Source: Rhizodiscina lignyota
Taxonomy: Eukaryota
Reading direction: 5' to 3'
Length of the DNA stretch: 64,000 nt
Assembly: GCA_010015805.1 (NCBI GenBank)
Contig: ML978125.1
Coordinates: forward strand, 1,364,001-1,428,000
Position 1 is the first letter of the stretch; every line of letters begins with the position of its first letter. The translations under genes were made by a program, and so were the position numbers. Under the pieces are notes generated by a model. The model was not told where the DNA came from. It did no database searches and worked only from the letters and a program-made list of their open reading frames with translations. Shown piece after piece: positions 45,738-59,257 of this stretch.

Positions 45738-46573
45738 GTTGGCGGTCTGCGGGGCGGTGAGGATCGGACGAGGATGTAAACTGGACACGCAGGTTTGGGA
45801 GACGAGAAGAGGGCGTGTTATAGTCCTAAAGAGCTTTATGGAGCTGCTGGAATGAGGGTAGCTGAATGAGAGTGGTATTAGTAGACGTTGACGAATTGTT
45901 AGTATCCAGGTGTGTGCGCTTTCAAGCTTTGTTGGGTGCCATTCAAGCTCCAGCGGAATCTCCGCGATGACGCACTATCAGTTTCGGCCCGGCCGCGCTG
46001 CAGCTCGAGCTCCCCTGCAGATATCCGCGGCAGGCTGCTTATACTGTCGAGATGCCCTCTGCACCGACTGCCGGATGGTCGTGGCGGGCATGGAAAGGCA
46101 ATGCTGCCAGCAAATGGGTCTCAATAGCAACCCGTTCCATACTCACCGTTTGCGTTGCCATATATCAGGATCACCAGAAATTGGCAGTACATTCAAGTTT
46201 CATAGATACCGATGACTAGAGAGCTTCAAGCTAATCCGAATCCGGATCATAGTCATTTCAAATCACATGATATTGGCCTAAATTGTCCTAGCGATCGCCC
46301 AAGCTCAGTTGGAGGCGACTTTATTCCAACTACCCATCAGGAAGGGTATGTAAACGTGACTTTAGACATCCATGGCATTAATCGTCTTCATCTGAGCATA
46401 TATGCTCATTCGCTGATGTGATATAAAGACCTTGAGGAGAGCGCAGGCCAGGGTCCATTGCCCCACCGAGATGCGTTTGGAATTTGGGACATCTTTTCTT
46501 GCTGTACTTTTTGGAGTGAAAATTCAACTCCTCCAGGAACTTCAAGCAGACTAGCCTTAAAGATCCTTGATAT

Positions 46574-48061
46574 TCAGTAGTATGACGATGTACTTGCTGA
46601 ATATTGGTCTTTCGTCCCCGGGAAAGCACCTACAGGTTCCGATTGGGACTCTTCAGCATCGCTATCGTCATCCACGGTTTGGTATGCAATATCGTTGGGG
46701 TCTGGGGGCGCTCGCATTTGAGCTATGATATCCTCGTCTAGTGTCGGTGCTTGGTATGGCTTCGGCGTGTGATACTCCCTTCCTGACGGCATGTTCGCCA
46801 CTAGAGGTTCATATTGCGGAATCAGTTGCACATTTACCTGTAACCACTTAGCATGTCCGCTATTCATGAGAGTATGTGATATACAAACCGTATCGTTCTC
46901 CTTAACCCACTTCTTCTCAAGCATCTCGATCACTCTCCCCTCTTCGAATCGGCCAGCATCACCGCCCCATTCCCCGCCCTTCTCAATCCTCTTATCTTCT
47001 CTCTTCTCTGCCCAGTCCTTCTTCAGCTTTGAAAATGCGCCAAACTTCCTCTTGTCTTCATCACTTCCTCCCGTAAAACCCAACTCCTTCTTCGCACCTC
47101 TTAACCACGCGATACCTTCGCCTGTCTTGCCCTCCAACTCTGTATCAATGCCAAAGAACCGACAAGCCTTCGCTTTTGCCGTCCTCTTCAAGTCATCGCA
47201 GTATTCGAGTAAGTCCGCATCCACTTTTGTACCTCCACCATTCCCCAACATCCCTTGCGCCCGTGAAGCATGCTCCGCCGCCGCCAGGCATAGCCTCGCG
47301 AACAAATGCGCCCGTACTTTCGGGATATCTGGGTTCTTGAACATCCAATCCTTGCTCTCCTTGTTCCGCTGCTCGCTCACTACCGCCGGGTATGGGTCGT
47401 CTTTCAACACGGTTATCAGCGTCGCCTCCGCAAGCGTCATGCTCGCCAGCCCGCTTAGCACAGCTTGTGATATATCTGGCACAGACGCCGGAGGTTGATT
47501 GTGTTGGGATCGCGCAACAAGATACGTAAATACGCTGTTGGCCGCAATAAGGTTCTTCATCGCGCCTGCAATCGCGCCCGCCCGCTGCTCCGTCGACGTG
47601 CTTGATGCATTCTGCAAGGCCAGTGTATGCAATTGCGCCCTCGCAAGCAGACAATATGTATACCCCAGCGTACTCAAAACGAAGAATACCTCGCTATCCA
47701 GGCTCTTCAGCTTGACGCGCGGCGACTCGCGCCCTGGCGTCGTAGCGCTGAGCACTACGCGCCATTCTACCTGCAGCTCTTTCACCAGCACCACATCAAT
47801 TTCTTCTCCAGCCACAGGGATGCCGCTGACGCCTGCATCAAGCGCGAATAGGTATGGTATGTAGTCGTTTAGCGCAGCGAGGATGGATGGGAGGTTCGAG
47901 GCGCGCGAGGAGGAGGGGAGGCGTTTATGCGATTTGAGGGCGCTGCGGAGGACGGCGCGGCGGGATGTTGCTGTCAATGGGAGAGAGGGATGAGTCGAAG
48001 AGGAAAAGAAGTCGGGGAAGGATATTGAAGAGGTTGTAGGAAGCGTGAAAGGGAATGGCAT
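46574..48061 (-). CDS. palC: pH-signalling protein PalC (BRO1-like domain)
   Basis: MPFPFTLPTTS, ALNDYIPYL, LKDDPYP, IPKVRAHLFARLCLAA, GEGIAWL, MPSGRE, C-terminal YY; 51-nt in-frame intron 46888-46838. Confidence 0.93.
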   Translation of the reverse strand: MPFPFTLPTTSSISFPDFFSSSTHPSLPLTATSRRAVLRSALKSHKRLPSSSRASNLPSILAALNDYIPYLFALDAGVSGIPVAGEEIDVVLVKELQVEWRVVLSATTPGRESPRVKLKSLDSEVFFVLSTLGYTYCLLARAQLHTLALQNASSTSTEQRAGAIAGAMKNLIAANSVFTYLVARSQHNQPPASVPDISQAVLSGLASMTLAEATLITVLKDDPYPAVVSEQRNKESKDWMFKNPDIPKVRAHLFARLCLAAAEHASRAQGMLGNGGGTKVDADLLEYCDDLKRTAKAKACRFFGIDTELEGKTGEGIAWLRGAKKELGFTGGSDEDKRKFGAFSKLKKDWAEKREDKRIEKGGEWGGDAGRFEEGRVIEMLEKKWVKENDTVCISHTLMNSGHAKWLQVNVQLIPQYEPLVANMPSGREYHTPKPYQAPTLDEDIIAQMRAPPDPNDIAYQTVDDDSDAEESQSEPVGAFPGTKDQYSASTSSYY

Positions 48062-48949
48062 GGTGAGGTAGCTTTAGTTAGCTTTAGAGGAGACAAGGTA
48101 CGGCTACACCGAGGAGAGGAGTGGGATGGAGTGGGGTCAAGACTTCTTAATGTTGTGGAACCGCAGATCTTGGTTTCTTGGTATTTTGCATGATAAATTA
48201 TCGAATTGAAGGATCGGTTTCCAGCCGAGACGGCTTTCCCTAGGATATGTGAAACGACGCATCGCTCTTTGTGATGTAGACTACGATAACTATCGTAAGA
48301 CCTCAACCAATGCGCTGAGATTGCTCCAGTCGAGCAATATCAGTAACGCATTGAAGAGGAATGGTGAATCAAAATTAAAAATAACTCAAGCCAATTGGAC
48401 CAATAAGTCGCTAATAGTAGCTTATGCGCTGAAGAATCCCAAGTTGGCTGAGCCTTCAATTTTGCGAGGTCGACTGAAATCTACTCCCCATGCCATGCTG
48501 AAATGATTCAGAGCTATGGATGGTCTTGTGGCCTTACGGGCAACCCGCTATCTCTAAAGTCAACTCCTTTCCCCTAATAGGCGGCGAAGCTCGGTAGTTT
48601 TGGCATTCACTGAATACCTTTAATCTGGATCCTCTGCGATCGCTGGACAAGGCTTTCCTTAATGATTTGCAATTCGGCATCACAGTGCTCTGGTATAAGT
48701 TCAAACTACTAAAGGAACGAAACTGTAAGATCAAAATCATGCTGATAGTTTTGTTTAACTATGTGGAGCCTTCTGATACTTTAACTCCCAGTCGTCGCCA
48801 GGACTTAATCATCAGTAACAAATGACTTCATTCGAAGTGTTCCGGTACTTTCAAGAAGCCTTTCCATTCTCCAAAAAGCGTCCCTGGCACCCAAAGTGCG
48901 CATCTTCCGTCTGATGCTGATTGACGGATAAAGATCTCCACCCTGTATA

Positions 48950-49861
48950 TCAATGGCAAGGGCGGCCACATTCCCACCAGATGGTTTGCGGCTTTCCAGA
49001 CACCCAAAGTCCCTTCTTGAAGTCACCAACCCGCTTCGGAGTCGCCTCCATTTCCAGCTCGTAATAGCCCTGGCCAGTGGGAAGTTCATGATTGACGTAT
49101 GCGCTTCTCAGCCTTGCCCGTGTATTCTCTGTGTGCACTTGACGAATGAAATCGACGAGTAACATTCCATTCCAGTGTCCGTTGCGCGCGTAATTGCTGG
49201 TCTTTACGAGCTCGCGAAACATCCTGCGAACAACTGCTTCAAGTTTGCTGCAGTCGTACGTGAAGCGTGCGTGGAGTTTTCCAGCGGCGAAAAAGAGATT
49301 GGCGTAGATGCTGCTTCGTCCTGGCCAGTCCCTGCTGCTGAAGACAATACCGAACCTCACTTCCGTAAGATTCCCAAGGAGTGTCTCCCCCATCTTATCG
49401 AGCCAGCCGAACAAGTCATCTTTCTGCTTCTTCGTCCAGGAATCGAAGATTACGAACGGGACCTCCACATCGCATCGTAGAAAACTCTTTTGGATCCACA
49501 TTGGCAGCATTTCGTAGCGGAAGATGCGAGACACTCTCGCAAGAGCTGGCTGCTCGACTTTGCGAATATTTCCGCAACGCGGAGTCTCCTTTTTGCATGC
49601 CTCATTGAGTTGGTCGAGTTTGGCGAAATCGCTAACCGCAACCTTGATGCTTTTCAAGAATTCCCAAAGGTCGATCTCAGCGGACGAGCGAAGGTAGTAT
49701 TCGTAGATTTTTAGCCGGAGCTCTGCTGGAACCTTGAGGAGGCCTTTTGGTGACTCGGTGGAGGACGTGTTTTTTGGATGGTGGGATTTCTCGGAGGCTG
49801 GTTTCGTTGTCGGTATGGTCGAATTCATCGCCGTCGCTTTCTTCGCGGTTTTCCTTGCCAT
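48950..49861 (-). CDS. Hypothetical protein with F-box/2EXR-like N-terminal motif
   Basis: 303-aa single-exon ORF; GLLKVPAELRLKIYEYYL and QPALARVSRIFRYEMLP are typical of lineage-expanded fungal F-box-like proteins. Confidence 0.7.
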   Translation of the reverse strand: MARKTAKKATAMNSTIPTTKPASEKSHHPKNTSSTESPKGLLKVPAELRLKIYEYYLRSSAEIDLWEFLKSIKVAVSDFAKLDQLNEACKKETPRCGNIRKVEQPALARVSRIFRYEMLPMWIQKSFLRCDVEVPFVIFDSWTKKQKDDLFGWLDKMGETLLGNLTEVRFGIVFSSRDWPGRSSIYANLFFAAGKLHARFTYDCSKLEAVVRRMFRELVKTSNYARNGHWNGMLLVDFIRQVHTENTRARLRSAYVNHELPTGQGYYELEMEATPKRVGDFKKGLWVSGKPQTIWWECGRPCH

Positions 49862-51659
49862 GGCGAAGACTGACTAGAGCGATTGAAGCATAGCCAGAAG
49901 GGCGCTCGTTGGAGAAGGCCAGAGTTGGTGTGTAACATGAAGATCGAAGGAGTTGGAGGTCTGAAGAGTGCTTAAAGGAATATGGGGGGTTGGGCGCCTG
50001 CGCCACGAGTCACCGGAGCTAGCCGATGGCTCACTTACCATGCGTGAATAGCAAGTGAAGATCTTGAAGACAATGGAAACTGAGTTAAGCCGCTTTCAGC
50101 ATATTGACGAAATTGCCGCAAGGGCCCGTGTTCGATCCGAATTGTGCAAACAAAAGGCTTCACTGATGGTGCCAAGAAGCCTTTTGCATCACTTAGGTCC
50201 GACGCTTTCTTCAACCCTCTCGTCCGAATCGTAAGCCGCCGATCTTCGGTCATAGGTCGCCTTTAGTGCGAATTCATGATGGGGCTGAGATTTTCCCCCG
50301 GGACTTAACACTAATGGTGTAATAACCACATCCTTATATAGCTTCCGAATGATCTGGATTAGGATATCACCACCACTCCTGGATAGGGCCCTCCTTTGCA
50401 GACGGCTGCCTTCACGACACCTCAGAACTTTTCATGAGGGCTGATTCGTGGCCGTCTCGATTCGACTTGAAACCCTCGCTCATTCTCGAGGCGTCGACAT
50501 TAAACTCGGCCCACATTAGCCTGGCCGGACCTACAGTGGGAGAATTTAACCAATAACAAATAGTCGCTCGGCGCACCCAACCAAGAATGGGCTCTTCTAG
50601 CAGTTAAGCCAACGCGCGGCCTTCTTTCTATTCCTCACTGTCAATCCAGTCTCTTCAATAGTAATCGTGAGACACAACGTCCTTGTCCGGAGCCAAAAGG
50701 GTAAAAATTCGCACCGGAATGTTCGACGGACTGTCGCCACTGGTAGCTGTGGATATAAGTAGAAAAATAAAGGATTATCATGGAATCTTGCATAACGCCC
50801 CTAGATCTCATGTCAAAGATTCTCTGGAAGGTCGAGCAGTGCCCTTGACGAGCGAGTGATCTGGTCGTCTGTCGTTTGACGTTGGCCAGACATCTCTAGG
50901 GAGCACAATGCCGACGGCCAGGGACGTATTCTGCTATATGGCAGAGATCTCATCAAGCCCTGCCGATTCTATTTGTTCAAAGTTCGTACAACCAGATAAT
51001 TGCAGAGCAGTTCAGCCTCGAGCTACCTAAGAACCATTTTGGAGGTCGTTGAGCTGGATACAGGGGGTGAAGTGGTCCATCGGATGATGCCGCACATTCC
51101 GGGTTAACGATCCGGATCCTGTGGCTGAAGCTTTGCACGGATCATCTCCGATATTTTAAGAAACCGTTGTAGATCTTCTCTTTATCAAAGTTTTCACTAA
51201 TTGGTTTAAGGAATCCCAAAGATTCTTAAGTAGTTGTTTCGAAGACTGGGCTATGCTGACGTCCGCGCTTGCTGTCATCCAACTGTGACAGAGTAGACCA
51301 GGGCGATTCCGCGGATCCACGACTATTCTCAGTATGAAACCAACTCATCGAGGCTGAATGAAGAAGCGTGGGGTCAGTCATTCGACGCACATTCCGCGAC
51401 AGAGATGGGCCACTGGCGGCGGCTCGCTGCAGCTTGCCAGCCACTGCCTCAGATATGGAATCGCGCTGGACGTGGCCAGGGGCGGAGCATGCCCAATACT
51501 GGTAATGCCCAGCCATAACGTCAGAAAATGCGAGTCGCGCGTCTAGTTTGCTCGTATCCCTATAAAAGATTAAGTATCTACGAAATCGAGGAAACGTCAA
51601 ATTCTCGTATTCATCCAGCCTTCCTTTGAGACTCTCGAGCAACTACTTGTATTTCCACG

Positions 51660-52307
51660 ATGGCTCTTCAACCACGCAGGTCAGCGCTTGGCATCTTTCC
51701 TCAATTCATCGCGCAGCATAACGAAGAGCTCGTACTAAAGGAGAAGCTCTTCTCACTGTCTGGAGACTCCTTCAGTATCACCACTGTCGATGGCCGAGAG
51801 ATTGTTAGAGTTAAGGGCGAGGCATTCTCCCTGTCCGGCCGAAAACATATTATGGATCTTCAGGACAACACTGTCTTTGATATTCGCAAGGAGCACTTCA
51901 CAATACACACCACGTACTACATCCAGAATGCACAAGAGGAGAAGTTGATGGAGATCAAGAGCAGATTCAGCAGTACGTGACTCCTCGGTCCACCTCTTCT
52001 TGGAGACATGCTCATAGCAATACCAGTCGCGGGTTCCAAAGCAACCATCACATTCAACAACGCACTTGACGGCGGCAGACCAGTTGAACTGACCATGAAG
52101 GGCGATTTCTTCGCCAGACATGCGGACATCATCGAGGAGGGCTCTGGCGAGCCGATAGCACAGATACGCCGCAAGGGGTTGAATGCAAGGAACTTGATCG
52201 GAGGCCAGCAGACGTACATCGTTGCTGTTGCGGCGGGGGTTGATCTTTCCTTGGTTGTCGCGATGTGCGTTTGCTTTGACGAGAAGAACAACGAATCTGA
52301 GAGTTAG
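51660..52307 (+). CDS. LURP-one-related (tubby C-terminal-like, DUF567) protein
   Basis: LVLKEKLFSLSGDSFSI, FSLSGRK, MKGDFF, TYIVAVAAGVDLSLVVAMCVCFDE; intron 51973-52026. Confidence 0.92.
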
Positions 52308-53247
52308 GGTTAATAGAGGGAAGACGTTTGCGGCGCTCAGGTTCACGATCCGGTTGTACGAGCACGATATCCTTAGAATTCGGTTTTGGCTTCCAAGCGA
52401 TATTTCGGGTCAGGTTGTGATGGAATGGAAAGATTGGAAGCGGACAGATGCAACCATATGAAGAACTTCTATGTGCCCCCGCTTTTATTTTTATGACGTA
52501 AAGCCCTTTTTGGAAGAAATTGGTCTATAGAGGAGAGTGAGGGTCAAACAAGAGCCTAAAGGTCGCGTGATGCTACATTTACAAGAACTGAAGTTTTGTG
52601 ACTCCCCGAGTTGGCATCCGAGGGCTCCCGTTGACAATACAGCTCTCCTTGCTCACGCCATGGGTAGACTGGATCGAAGAAAGTGACGAAATAGATCATG
52701 AAGTTCTAGGCTCAGGGCTAAATAATACTGCTGCTCTGCTGACAACAGAATCGGCACTTCGGTGGTTGGATCAAGCCGTTCGCGTCCTCCGAGACCATCA
52801 GTAGCAGTAGTCGTTACGACACAAAGTTGTCGCATGTCAGCAATCATGCCCTAGCCAGGCCAGTCCATGGTCATAGAGGCCTCTTCGAAAGAAAGACCCC
52901 TAAGTGGGACAAGTGAAATATAGACGCGGGATGCGCTTCGTAAGATATACATCTCGACCATTCCGCTCTTGGCAGCGGAGCTGACGGCCTGCATGAGAGA
53001 TCAGCTCCTTCAACAAACAAAACTCCAAAATCGGGAACAAGGTAGCTCAAACTCCGACTTCAAGGCCTCCAAAGTGTGTATATCAATTGAAACGCTGCAT
53101 TTTCGACTCTGACAGACCTTCTTCCTCAATTACAGCATTTCGGTCTGCTCAATACCTGAAGTTTCTTTGCTGCGAATAACATTTTGTGAACCAAAGTCCA
53201 ATATTGAAAGCCCAAAAGCATCTTCTCATTCAAGCTGAGCAGAGACA

Positions 53248-53824
53248 ATGTCGTCCTCCATTGCTCATGTTCCGTCCGTCGACGTCAGCTACGTCCCGCT
53301 CAAGGCTGGCGAGGAGCTCAGCCTCGGAAAAATCAAGCTTCGCGTGATTGAAGATGGCTCGAACACTAGTACGTCTCGTTGATAGGACCATTTCAACTAC
53401 TTCCATATACTGACGCTCTAAAGATGACCGCATCGGCATCGCGGAGTTTATTCTCCCGCCCCAGACTCCAGGCCCACCAATGCATTGGCACGAGATGCAC
53501 GACGAATGCTTCTATACCTCAAAGGGTACGGTGCGCTATCACAGGCCTGGCAAGCCTGATGTCGACGCAAAGGAAGGCGAGTGGACTGTCATCGGCGTGA
53601 GGGCGCCTCACACCTTTTCCAACCCGTTCGACGAGGAAGCCAAGTTCATCAACACGTACACGCCCGCGTACTACATCAATTACTTCCGTATGCTTGCGAA
53701 GATGATTAGCGACGGCGAGAACATGACCCCGGAGAAGAACATCCAGGCCATGGCGCACTTTGCGACGCTGCCGGTGCCCAAGGAGTATCTGGAGAAGGCG
53801 CTGAACGAGAACATTTCGAAGTAA
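53248..53824 (+). CDS. RmlC-like cupin protein
   Basis: IEDGSNT|NDRIG...GPPMHWHEMHDECFY...APHTFSNP...NTYTPAYYINYF; intron 53369-53423. Confidence 0.9.
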
Positions 53825-54049
53825 ACGCCGAACTTCACGGACGCCATTGCGGTGTTTGGTCTTGCGAAAGACCTGACGGGGCTTAACTGAACTGTATCTG
53901 CTCTGATAATGCTTCCTATCGCTATTTGATACGTAAATAACGAATGCTAAATGATTGGAACGTGGTCGAATGAACTATGAATGTCTCTGAGCCTTTACTC
54001 CACTCTCAACTTGCCCGATTCAAAGCCATCGTGGCGCTCAATTTGGAAA

Positions 54050-54496
54050 TTAAGCAATAGGAATGCTGCAGCACAAGTCGTAATGTTCGAAGGAGCTTGA
54101 GGAGTCTTCGTCCAGCTGTGTGTCCTCCACAATTACGTTATAGAATATACACTCAGTATACCCCGCATCATATGCGAACGACTTGCATGCCGAGTTGTGC
54201 AGACATGCGTCGTAGCATGCTGAAACAGATGAGCCGCTCGCTTGATAGACGGTTTCGATGTAGTCGGCCTTCGTACGCGTTAGCAAAATCTTAACGGAGA
54301 TCTGAGGAGAGCGCCAATCGCACAGTTGCACTTGTGTAGCCGCTGCGGTTGCATAGTGGAAAGCTATCGAGGACTGTGATTGTTAGGTAAAGAAGCGGCC
54401 TTATCTCTTGAAATCCTTACTTTCACCTTGTACCCCAGAGAGCAGCAGCGCAACAGCTGGGAGTAGCTTGACAAGTTGCATCATTGTCGGTGCCAT
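54050..54496 (-). CDS. Small secreted PAN/Apple-like domain protein
   Basis: Signal peptide MMQLVKLLPAVALLLSGVQG; two short introns; CNRSGY...CYDACLHNSACKSFAY...ECIFY...YDLCC pattern. Confidence 0.72.
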
Positions 54497-55100
54497 GTCT
54501 GAATTAGTGTTTCAATGTAGACTTAAGAAGAGCAGTTGGAATGTGTCGTGAATTGTTATCAAAGACCGAGGAACTGTAGTGGAAAACCGCACCGATAAAC
54601 CAGGATTTGAAATCCAAAGATACTGTCCCACAGAGTGACGAGATTCCGGATGATGTAGCACAGATTATACTCCATAGAGCCAGCCGTTGCTTTTATATGT
54701 GGCAGTGGTCATATAACAACCATAGAAGAGTAGCACAGACGGATACTAGCTGGGTGAGACGAAAAGAGACCGCGCGGCAGACTAATACATCTGGATCGAT
54801 CGATGGCTGCTAAACAGTCAATAGTCTGAAAGTAGCATACGATATGAAAGAATAGACGTGAAAACGGTTCAGACATAACACCTCCGGCATCCACTAAGGG
54901 ACGACGAATATGAAATTGATTTTGTGGATAAATGACGTCCAAGAGTGAGGGAGGCCCCCAGGTTTTGGGTGGCTAGTTCCTAGATCCGGGTACGCTCAGC
55001 CCCGAGCTCAGCTGAATTCGGGTGCTGTCGGCGTTTCCCGGCGCCTTGGGATCGTTTCGATAGTTACCCAGAGACTCCATTCGCTTGGTTCTTCTTGTTT

Positions 55101-56673
55101 CTACAATTTGGCAGTCTCAAGCCTTTCCATAAACCCGCGAGAATTTAGCACTGCCAAATGCTTCCTTGAGATCTCCTTGACACTATTGCAGCCCATTAGC
55201 TGCATCGTTTTCTTGAATTCGTCGTGTAGCATCCGAAGCATCATCTCAACACCAGCAGCGCCATTATACTATATCAATCGTCTCGTCAGAACGTGAAATC
55301 TCAACTGTGTGACGTTGTTTGGTGACTTACTGCGAGGCCCCACAACGCAGGTCTACCCACAAAGACGCAGTCGGCACCCAAAGCAATCGCTTTGAATATA
55401 TCGGAGCCCCTTCGGAAACCGCCGTCGATGAAAATCGGGATCCTCCCTTTTGCGGCTTCAACGCATTCTGGAAGAGCATCTATTGTTGCTGGCACACCGT
55501 CGAGCTGCCGTCCACCGTGGTTTGAAACGACGATGCCGTCAACGCCGCATTCGATCGCCTTGAGCGTGTCCTCTGCAGTAAGCACTGATTTCAACAACGT
55601 CAGAGGATTCATTCTTTCATATTGATCAATTTGGCAAGCACACCTCCTTTGACGAAGATCTTCATCTTTGTAATTGAACGTAGATAAGGAATATCCCTTT
55701 CCCAGCTCTGGCTTGCATCTTTTCAAATATCAGCTTGAACTTCCTCAATCAAAGCTTCAGGCCAGAAATACCTTGGAAGAGCGTCGCCATATCCTCCAGG
55801 TTCGTAAGAGAATTCGAAACAGCATCCGTAATGTTTGGGAACGGATTCTGCTTCGTAATGTGAGCCGCCATCTGATTCCTCGTCTCGTTCCATCGCGTTC
55901 CCAATATCGGCGCGTCTGCCGTCAAAAGGATCGCCTTGAAGCCCAATTCTGCCCCGCGACATCAGTTAGCCAAACTCGAATATATTCAACACATTCATCA
56001 CAGTGTCGTACTTTCGGCCTTGAGTACCATATTCTTCGTGACTGTCTTATCGGGATAGATGTACATCTGGGCGAAGAAGTCAATCTTTCCCTTTGCATGC
56101 GGTATAATCTCTTCCCACACGAAGCTGGAGTATGTGCTGATGCCCATGTTGACATTGGCAGCAGCGCACCCTCGTGCGGTCGCCTTCTCCCCGTCAGGGT
56201 GCGCCATTCCGTGCAAAGCAGCTGTTGGAGGTGCGCGTCAGCACCCGCTTGTCGGTCGAGAAATTGTTTGCAAACATACTTGGGCTGACGCAAAGTGGGA
56301 AGGGTATCCTCCGCCCGAAGATTACGGTAGATGGGTCGCATGCCGCGACGTTGCTGAGGACTCGAGGCCGCAATAGATACTTCTCGAATGCGCGTGGATT
56401 GGCAAAGTAACTTCAGATTATGTTAGCCAACTCTCCGCAGACGGGAAGAAACAATCGTACGTCTGTTGGTATGTGGCTCCGCTGTTATAGTACTCTGTTC
56501 TGTGTAAGCCAGCTGCGTCAATTGAGATAATAGCGTTGAAAAATAGCACCTCTTGTTAATTTTGACATTTTCTTCGAAGCTGCCTTTTCAAGGTCATCCA
56601 CAGAAAGAATGTAGTCCTCATCTTTCTTCTGGGTCAGCTCCGCCTCGGCCACCTTCACTGCTTCATTAGCCAT
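55101..56673 (-). CDS. FMN-dependent alpha-hydroxy acid oxidase (glycolate oxidase-like), probably peroxisomal
   Basis: [57 protein letters not shown]; multiple introns; ends AKL* (PTS1). Confidence 0.93.
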
Positions 56674-57389
56674 GGCTGTAATTCCAATAATAATGAGACT
56701 GAGGTTTAGACTGCGAGAATGTAGCAATGTGTAGTGGGTAAACTCTCCATTTTAAATGACGTTCAATCAGTGCTCACCTGCGGCTATCTATGGCAGAAAT
56801 TCCGTGGAACCAGATCCCAAGGATCTGATCTAATACATCGATAAGTCGGCCCGGAGGTGAATCGGCCGGAGAGGGTTACAGTAGGATAGTTAGTTCCAGC
56901 CAGTGGCAACTGCAGAAGGGCGTGTATTGCACGCATTGATCTAATCGGACTCTAGTCGGACTCCAGTCGCTGAACGAGGTCACGTGGTGTAAGATATCGG
57001 ACCGAGCCACTTAATCATCTGAAAAGTTATTGAACCAATTTGCAAAGCAGGGAAGGTCAATGTCGAAACTTGAAGGAGATATCGCTCTCGTAGTATCGTA
57101 TTAGGCTAGCCCACTTGGGTAATTTCACGGTGGATGTCCGGTTCACCGTCTTACTCAGGTTAGTCAGGCGATAGTGAGGCGGACACGAGGCTCTAAAGCG
57201 GCGGCAATCTGCGGACGTGGTCGGGATCAAGGTCCGCTTTCTCGACGTGGTAACCTTTTTGGGGTATTGGACCATATCTACAGTACAGCTTTTATAATGC
57301 AAGATCCCTTGGAGCGCCTCGCTGTGCTGCCAACTATTTTACCAGACGGCCAATCGCGGCCTTCCAGGACACCTTTCGCGTGAAACTAA

Positions 57390-59257
57390 TCATCGGCTCA
57401 AAGCGATATCGTCTAAGGTGAAAATGTTAGCAATATATCGGGCTGGCATAGTGGTGCTTTTCCTTACCGATTCGGAGAATCATCTTCACCGTCTCCGCAG
57501 CAAGCTCAATTGCACTTGTGCTCACGAGAAGAGGCTGCAGCACGTTCTCGTCTGCAATGTTGTTCTTGACTCCGCCGGACTTGATGCTGACACCTGCGTT
57601 TTTTTCTCCAAGAGCATGCCTGTGTCTCAATTCTGTAACGACTTTGATGCTGTTGAGACCCGCATTTTCGGCCAGAGTTGTTGGGATGACCTCCATAGCA
57701 TCTGCGAAAGCCTTCCAACATATTGATTCAGTGCCTGTGAGTGATCGAGATTGAGCTGCGAGAGATTGAGCGATCTCAATTTCTGGTGCACCGCCCCCTG
57801 CGACTAGAGCCCTTGAATTTAGTTAGCGGAAGGTTGCAGAAAAGCTGAACAAAGGCATACTTCTTCTTCACCAAACATCTGATCACACAGTGTGCATCGT
57901 GCAAACTTCGCTCTGCCTCTTCGAGAATCATCGAGTTCGCGCCGCGCACGACAATCGAGACAGTCTGCACCGCCGCCTTGACACCTGTAACTTTCACTAT
58001 CCGCGCACCAGATGTATGTGTCTCTTCGATCAGCTCCGCCGAGCCCAGCTTGTCTTCTGTGAAAGAGTCGACATCTGCAATGGGTTTGCAGCCCGTGCTC
58101 TTGCAGATGAATTCAACTTCATCCCTCTCAATATCCTTCACGGCAAGAATGCCAAGCTTGGCCAGGAAATGCAAGCTCAAGTCATTCACCGCGTCCCGGA
58201 GAATCGACTTTTGTATGAAGAGGACGTTGCACTTGGCCTTCTTGATCTTCTTGCACATATTCAGGAGGTATGCGCGCTCCTCTTTAAGAATCTTGTCCAT
58301 TTGCCGATAGTCGTTGACGACAACCTGATTCTCCATGTCTGGTTTCGGTGGGCTCAGTTGGAACTGGATTAAACCAATCTTCGCCTTCTCCATCCTTGTT
58401 GGTCCGCCGCCCGACTTTATAACCTGTTGTTGAAGCACCAAACCATCCACCATTTCACTGTCCTCGATCGTTCCACCTGGCTTCTTCAAGATGCGGATGT
58501 TCTTGAGATCTACATTGTCTGCAGTCTTCTGATCAATGACTCTGAGAACTGAATCAACGGCCATGGGAGCGAGCTTCGGTTCTTGCGCCACAATTTTCGA
58601 CGATAGAGATGTTGAGGCGGCTTTGAGAAGGGTTGTGCGATCTGACAAGGAGATGGGAAGGGACATGTCGTGCAGAATTTGGACTGCAGCAGCTGCCGCG
58701 CGTTGGAAGGACTCCGAGATGACTGTAGGGTGTATGCCTTTTGCAAGCAGTCTCTCCGCTGCGCCCAACAGACTTCCTGCTATTACCACCACAGATGTAG
58801 TTCCATCACCCGCTTCAATATCTTGTGCGTTCGCAAGGTCAACGAGCATCTTCGCGGCAGGGTGCATAACGCTCATTTGACTGAGCATAGTATTTCCGTC
58901 GTTTGTGATCATGGTATGGCCTTTGCCGTCTTGGATCATCTTGTCCATGCCCTTTGGACCTAACGACTAAATTAAACGTCATTAACGTGTTCACGCAGTC
59001 CAAAAAGTATGAGAGCCTACGGTTCGTATGGCATCGGAAACCGCTGAAAGAATATTAGCACCACTGTACATAGGAACTCCAGACTTGAAGCTTACCTCGA
59101 GCAGCAACAATGTTACCCGTCCTCACTGCTTGTGGTTTTTCCTTGTCCTGCACAGGATTATTAGCGTTTCCAGGCTCTTGAAATTTGTCGAAAAGTTTCT
59201 ACGCACCCTGAAGGAAGCATTTGAACCACCGCTTGGAGCTACCGCTGCGGTAGCCAT
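57390..59257 (-). CDS. CCT4: Chaperonin CCT/TRiC subunit delta
   Basis: [50 protein letters not shown], ends DDIALSR; several introns. Confidence 0.96.

Noticed and set aside
50000..51650. Gene-free stretch inspected for ncRNA or transposon (also 5.9-7.2 kb and 12.6-14.2 kb)
   Set aside because: No tRNA cloverleaf, terminal repeats or credible ORF recognisable by eye; a covariance-model search would be needed to exclude ncRNAs.
55101..56673. Fragmented ORFs suggesting a pseudogenised hydroxy-acid oxidase
   Set aside because: The breaks I traced are explained by canonical introns, and the PTS1 end is intact.
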